Shown here: positions 60,474-64,000 of the stretch, in pieces
Position numbering within the stretch: position 1 is the first letter of the stretch
How the letters are laid out: every line of letters starts with the position of its first letter
From: an uncultured Pseudomonadota bacterium
GTDB taxonomy: Bacteria > Pseudomonadota > Alphaproteobacteria > RF32 > CAG-239
DNA: 64,000 nucleotides
NCBI GenBank assembly: GCA_902763535.1
Contig: CACWSG010000001.1
Span: forward strand, 51,957 to 115,956
Direction: 5' to 3'
Position numbers and translations under genes: made by a program
Notes under the pieces: model-generated
Database searches by the model: none
Told to the model about the DNA's origin: nothing
What the model saw: only the letters and a program-made list of their open reading frames with translations

Positions 60474-60610
60474 GGTGGGGAGTTCGAAACTGTCGTTTTA
60501 ACAGTCCGGCGTATTCAATATATTCCGCCGGCTCCCCAAAATCTAGGAGTTTTTAAAACGAGGAGTTTCGACACTCCGCAAAAGCCTATCGCCTTTGCAG
60601 GAACTAACCT
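60454..60610. repeat. Copy C, a diverged relative of the intergenic repeat family; doubles as terminator of the MacAB-like operon
   Basis: Hairpin ccaccttgacaactcatcaaggtgg, then ggagtt…, gctcccc…cctttgcagg fragments. Minus-strand T-run follows the hairpin. Confidence 0.45.
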
Positions 60611-60779
60611 AACTGACTTAAAGTAAAATTGCAAGAATATTTTACATATATAAATCATAAAATCACAGATAGTGAGGGATATAATAAGAAATAAATTAAA
60701 AAGTACCGGAGCGTACTATAAGCGTACGTGAGGACACTTTTTAATTTGTTTCTGTATTAGATACCCACTAGATGTGATT

Positions 60780-62009
60780 TTACTCATAGCGCAAGGCATT
60801 TATCGGATTAAGCAGCGAAGCCTTATAAGCCGGATAAAAGCCGAATATCAAACCCACCATACCGGCAAACGAAAACGGTAACAAAACCGACCATAACGAC
60901 ACCGAAGCCGGCAGAGAACTTGCCGCACCAACCACATAAGAACCAATCAGTCCGCATACTACTCCGACCAACCCGCCGATAAGCGATAATACCAAAGCCT
61001 CCATTAAAAATTGCAATCTTATATCCCATGCCTTCGCCCCGATTGCCATACGAATACCAATCTCTCGTGTGCGCTCGGTTACCGATACCAGCATAATATT
61101 CATAATACCGATACCGCCGACCAACAACGAAATCGAGGCAATCGAACCTAAAAGTATGGTCATGATTTTGGTGGAGCTTTCCATCATTTCCATCATTTGG
61201 GTTAAGTTCATAATGATAAAATCATCATCTTTATTGGCCCCCAAATTATGCCGTTGGCGCAAGAGTTGTTTAATTTCATCTTGCGAGGTATAGGTGCTGC
61301 GAGAATCAACTGCTTGCAAAATAATCATTTTCACCTGATCGGGAAAAGAAATCCCCATAACTTTTTTCTGCGCTGTGGTAATCGGGATATAAACCGCATC
61401 ATCTTGGTCCTGCCCCATGCCGGACTGACCGCGTGACTGTAACACTCCGATAACCTTAAACGGTATGCCTTTAACTCGAATATTTTTGCCCAAAGGATCA
61501 ACATCGCCGAACAATTCATTGACCACGGTTTGTCCCAAAATTGCCACTTTCGCCGCCGTTTTTATATCACTTTCCGAGAAAAATTTGCCATAAGCCAAAT
61601 CCCATTCTTTGATTTGGAAAAAGCGATTATCAGTACCGGAAACCACGGTTGACCAGTTGGCATTACCATAAACCAATTGCGCTGCCTCATCCAGTTGCGG
61701 TGCCGCTAATTTGATAGCATCAATTTTTTCCTGAATTGCATCACCATCGCCTTTTTTCATGGTTGGTTGTGATCCGCCGCCCCCGCGCGCTCCTGATGAT
61801 GTTGCCACACCGGAACGAATAATAATCAAATTTGAGCCCATGGTTTTCATCTCGTTTTGAATGGAAATCTGCGCCCCATTGCCCACCGAAAGCATTACAA
61901 TTACCGCCGCCACACCGATAATAATACCCAATGAGGTCAAAATTGAGCGCATCTTATTGGCTCTTATGGCGCGTATGGCAATTGCAAAAATTGTTTTTAA
62001 ATCAATCAT
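60780..62009 (-). CDS. ABC transporter permease, MacB/FtsX-like (4 TM with large periplasmic domain)
   Basis: N-terminal TM, periplasmic ~220 aa, C-terminal three TM helices (…LLVGGIGIMNIMLVSVTERTREIGIRMAIGA…). Start set at internal Met to avoid a 62-nt overlap. Confidence 0.8.
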   Translation of the reverse strand: MIDLKTIFAIAIRAIRANKMRSILTSLGIIIGVAAVIVMLSVGNGAQISIQNEMKTMGSNLIIIRSGVATSSGARGGGGSQPTMKKGDGDAIQEKIDAIKLAAPQLDEAAQLVYGNANWSTVVSGTDNRFFQIKEWDLAYGKFFSESDIKTAAKVAILGQTVVNELFGDVDPLGKNIRVKGIPFKVIGVLQSRGQSGMGQDQDDAVYIPITTAQKKVMGISFPDQVKMIILQAVDSRSTYTSQDEIKQLLRQRHNLGANKDDDFIIMNLTQMMEMMESSTKIMTILLGSIASISLLVGGIGIMNIMLVSVTERTREIGIRMAIGAKAWDIRLQFLMEALVLSLIGGLVGVVCGLIGSYVVGAASSLPASVSLWSVLLPFSFAGMVGLIFGFYPAYKASLLNPINALRYE

Positions 62010-62688
62010 TTCGTTTGTCCGAGTTAATTTCACCATCAACAATTTTAATAATTCGCTTAGCATAGCGGGCTATGTCTTCTTCGTGGGTTACCAAAATAAT
62101 TGTGCGCCCCAACTCGGTGTTCAGTTCGGTAAATAACTTCATAATTTCCACACTCATTTTGGTATCCAAGTTACCGGTCGGCTCATCGGCAAAAATTATC
62201 GGCGCTTCATTAACAATCGCCCTAGCAATCGCCACGCGTTGTTGTTGACCGCCGGAAAGCTGATTGGGCTGATGATCCATTCTCTCAGCCAAACCTACTT
62301 TTGCCAAAGCTTTTTTGGCTCTCTCCTCACGCTCTTTTGCTCCTATATTGGCATAAACCATCGGCAGTTCGACATTTTCTAAAGCCGAAGTGCGTGAAAG
62401 CAAATTAAATCCCTGAAACACAAAACCGATTTTTTGATTGCGCACTTGCGCCAGTTCATCAGAAGATAAACTATCCACTCTTTGCCCGTCTAAGATATAG
62501 GTTCCCGATGTTGGTTTATCCAAACACCCCAAAATATTCATGCAAGTCGATTTTCCCGAACCCGACGGTCCCATAATCGCGACAAAATCACCCTTTTCGA
62601 TGGTTAAATCGATTCCTTTTAAGATTTGCAAGAAACCATCTCCCAAAGGATAGCTTTTGGTAATTTGTTTCAGCTCAATCAGACTCAT
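62002..62688 (-). CDS. ABC transporter ATP-binding protein (MacB/LolD-type)
   Basis: Walker A GPSGSGKST, signature LSGGQQQRVAIARA, Walker B IIFADEPTGNLD. 228 aa. Confidence 0.9.
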   Translation of the reverse strand: MSLIELKQITKSYPLGDGFLQILKGIDLTIEKGDFVAIMGPSGSGKSTCMNILGCLDKPTSGTYILDGQRVDSLSSDELAQVRNQKIGFVFQGFNLLSRTSALENVELPMVYANIGAKEREERAKKALAKVGLAERMDHQPNQLSGGQQQRVAIARAIVNEAPIIFADEPTGNLDTKMSVEIMKLFTELNTELGRTIILVTHEEDIARYAKRIIKIVDGEINSDKRND

Positions 62689-63833
62689 TATCGCGGCATC
62701 CTCATTCTCATCTGTGATTTGCTGACAGCAGCATTTTTGTCTTCGACTACCACTTTATCGCCGACCTTGATTTTATCCGAGATAATCTCGGTTTTATCAT
62801 CATCACTGACACCGGTTGTAATGCTCTCGCGCTGCAGTTTTCCGCCTCTCATCAACCAAATTCCCTTGTCATTATAACGTTTTACTTGTCCGTCTTCATC
62901 CGTTACATAAAATCTCAAAGCTTTGTTAGGAACTAACATGGCATCTTTTTTCTCAGCGGTAACAATCTCCACATTAGCAGTCATTCCCGGCTTAATTTTC
63001 ATATCTTTGTTATCAACACTGATAATTACTTCATAAGTTACGACATTTGAGGTGGTAATCGGGTTGTTGCGTACTTGCACCACCTTGCCCTCAAAAGTCT
63101 CGTCCGGAAAACTGTCAACCGAAAAATAAACTTTTTGTCCTTCTTTAACTTTGGCAATATCTGCCTCAACCACCGAGGCTTCAATTTGCATTTTGGTCAA
63201 ATCTTCCGCCACATTAAACAAAGTTGGAGTTTCAAAAGATGCGGCAACCGTCTGTCCTTCTTCCACTTCACGCGAAATTACCACTCCGTCAACCGAAGAT
63301 ATAATCTTGGTATAATCCAAATCAATCATTGCCTGTTTAAGTGAAGCTTCCGCTTGTTTAACCTGCGCCTCGCGCAAAGTCTTCTCTGCTACCGAATTGT
63401 TATAATCGCGTTCGGCCGCTTCCAATTCTTTGTCGGTTGAATATTTTGAAGTGTTGAGTTTTTTGATTCTGTCCAAGTGTTTTTTATAATATACAATATC
63501 ATTTTCGGTAACTTTTAATTCGGCACGGGCAATGTCCAAAGCAGCTTGTTTTTGATCAACGGCAGCTTCAAAGGTTTGCGGATCAATAATTGCCAACAAT
63601 TCGCCTTTTTTAACTATGGAATTAAAATCAACATAAATCTCGGAAATTATTCCCGAAACCTGTGTTCCGATAACCACGGTTGATATCGGATTAATCGTAC
63701 CTGATGCGGTAATTTTTTGCACTATATCGCCTTGTTCTACTTTGGTCGTCACATAATCCGGCTTATTTTTCTCACACCCCGACAACAACAAGACCACCGC
63801 CAATGCCGTCGATATCATATATTTTTTATTCAT
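62688..63833 (-). CDS. HlyD/MacA-family periplasmic adaptor (membrane fusion) lipoprotein
   Basis: Lipobox VVLLLSGC, coiled-coil hairpin, beta-barrel and MP domains. Stop overlaps the ABC ATPase start. Confidence 0.85.
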   Translation of the reverse strand: MNKKYMISTALAVVLLLSGCEKNKPDYVTTKVEQGDIVQKITASGTINPISTVVIGTQVSGIISEIYVDFNSIVKKGELLAIIDPQTFEAAVDQKQAALDIARAELKVTENDIVYYKKHLDRIKKLNTSKYSTDKELEAAERDYNNSVAEKTLREAQVKQAEASLKQAMIDLDYTKIISSVDGVVISREVEEGQTVAASFETPTLFNVAEDLTKMQIEASVVEADIAKVKEGQKVYFSVDSFPDETFEGKVVQVRNNPITTSNVVTYEVIISVDNKDMKIKPGMTANVEIVTAEKKDAMLVPNKALRFYVTDEDGQVKRYNDKGIWLMRGGKLQRESITTGVSDDDKTEIISDKIKVGDKVVVEDKNAAVSKSQMRMRMPR

Positions 63834-64000
63834 TTCCGCACCCCATAAAAAAAACAAACAACCTATATTATAATAAACGAAACAAATAAAAAAAAGTTTA
63901 AATTTTTTATTGACTAACTATTTTTAGCTGTTTATATTTTTGTCCAATAAAATAATTATTCTAACTAAAAATATAACAATATGCTTAACAACAAAGAAGA

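Overview
This window reads as a low-GC chromosome segment of a flagellated alphaproteobacterium (Rhizobiales, Bartonella-like). Gene content, the GTTC-N7-GTTC LexA box, the MJ0042-type zinc-ribbon protein and tRNA-Glu CTC/TTC isoacceptors all point that way; the taxon is inferred, not proven.

Positions 1-39.4 kb are core genome:
- a flagellar rod/ring block (flgF, flgG, flgA, flgH);
- tRNA-Thr flanked by a 263-bp-period partial duplication;
- a Mur-ligase-like gene beside a QueC-like PP-loop ATPase;
- an MscK-like channel, an Asd-family gene, hisS, a large autotransporter and a MORN-repeat protein;
- tRNA-Glu(CTC), rnd, arsR-like, xseB, ispA, ftsEX, plsC, rsmD, an rluB-like gene and tadA;
- a chagasin-like inhibitor lipoprotein;
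- aas divergent from tetR-fadL, with perfect TCAATCGATTGA operators;
- lexA with its SOS box, and lysS.

At tRNA-Glu(TTC) (39408-39482) a roughly 20-kb, very AT-rich integrated element begins. Its contents, in order:
- a large serine recombinase whose ORF reads into the tRNA 3' end;
- a HUH Rep-like gene and a small resolvase;
- two paralogous stand-alone C39-like papain-fold peptidases, one preceded by a candidate double-glycine-leader peptide;
- a PD-(D/E)xK-like pair of hypotheticals;
- an 829-aa HsdR-N-like nuclease fused to a P-loop NTPase;
- a type II m5C restriction-modification pair;
- a ParB/Srx+HTH protein in operon with a 226-aa unknown;
- a promoter-leader-terminator RNA switch upstream of another unknown gene;
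- purine-salvage cargo (class A acid phosphatase, enterobacterial-like guaC) and a SAM methyltransferase.

The minus-strand run 47.4-54.1 kb is the best candidate for a previously undescribed defence module. A roughly 250-bp intergenic repeat family occurs at least twice, plus one diverged copy, once inside the island. The window ends with HU, an XRE regulator and a MacAB-like efflux operon.

No CRISPR array or rRNA is present. Coordinates derived by hand-counting may be off by 1-2 nt.
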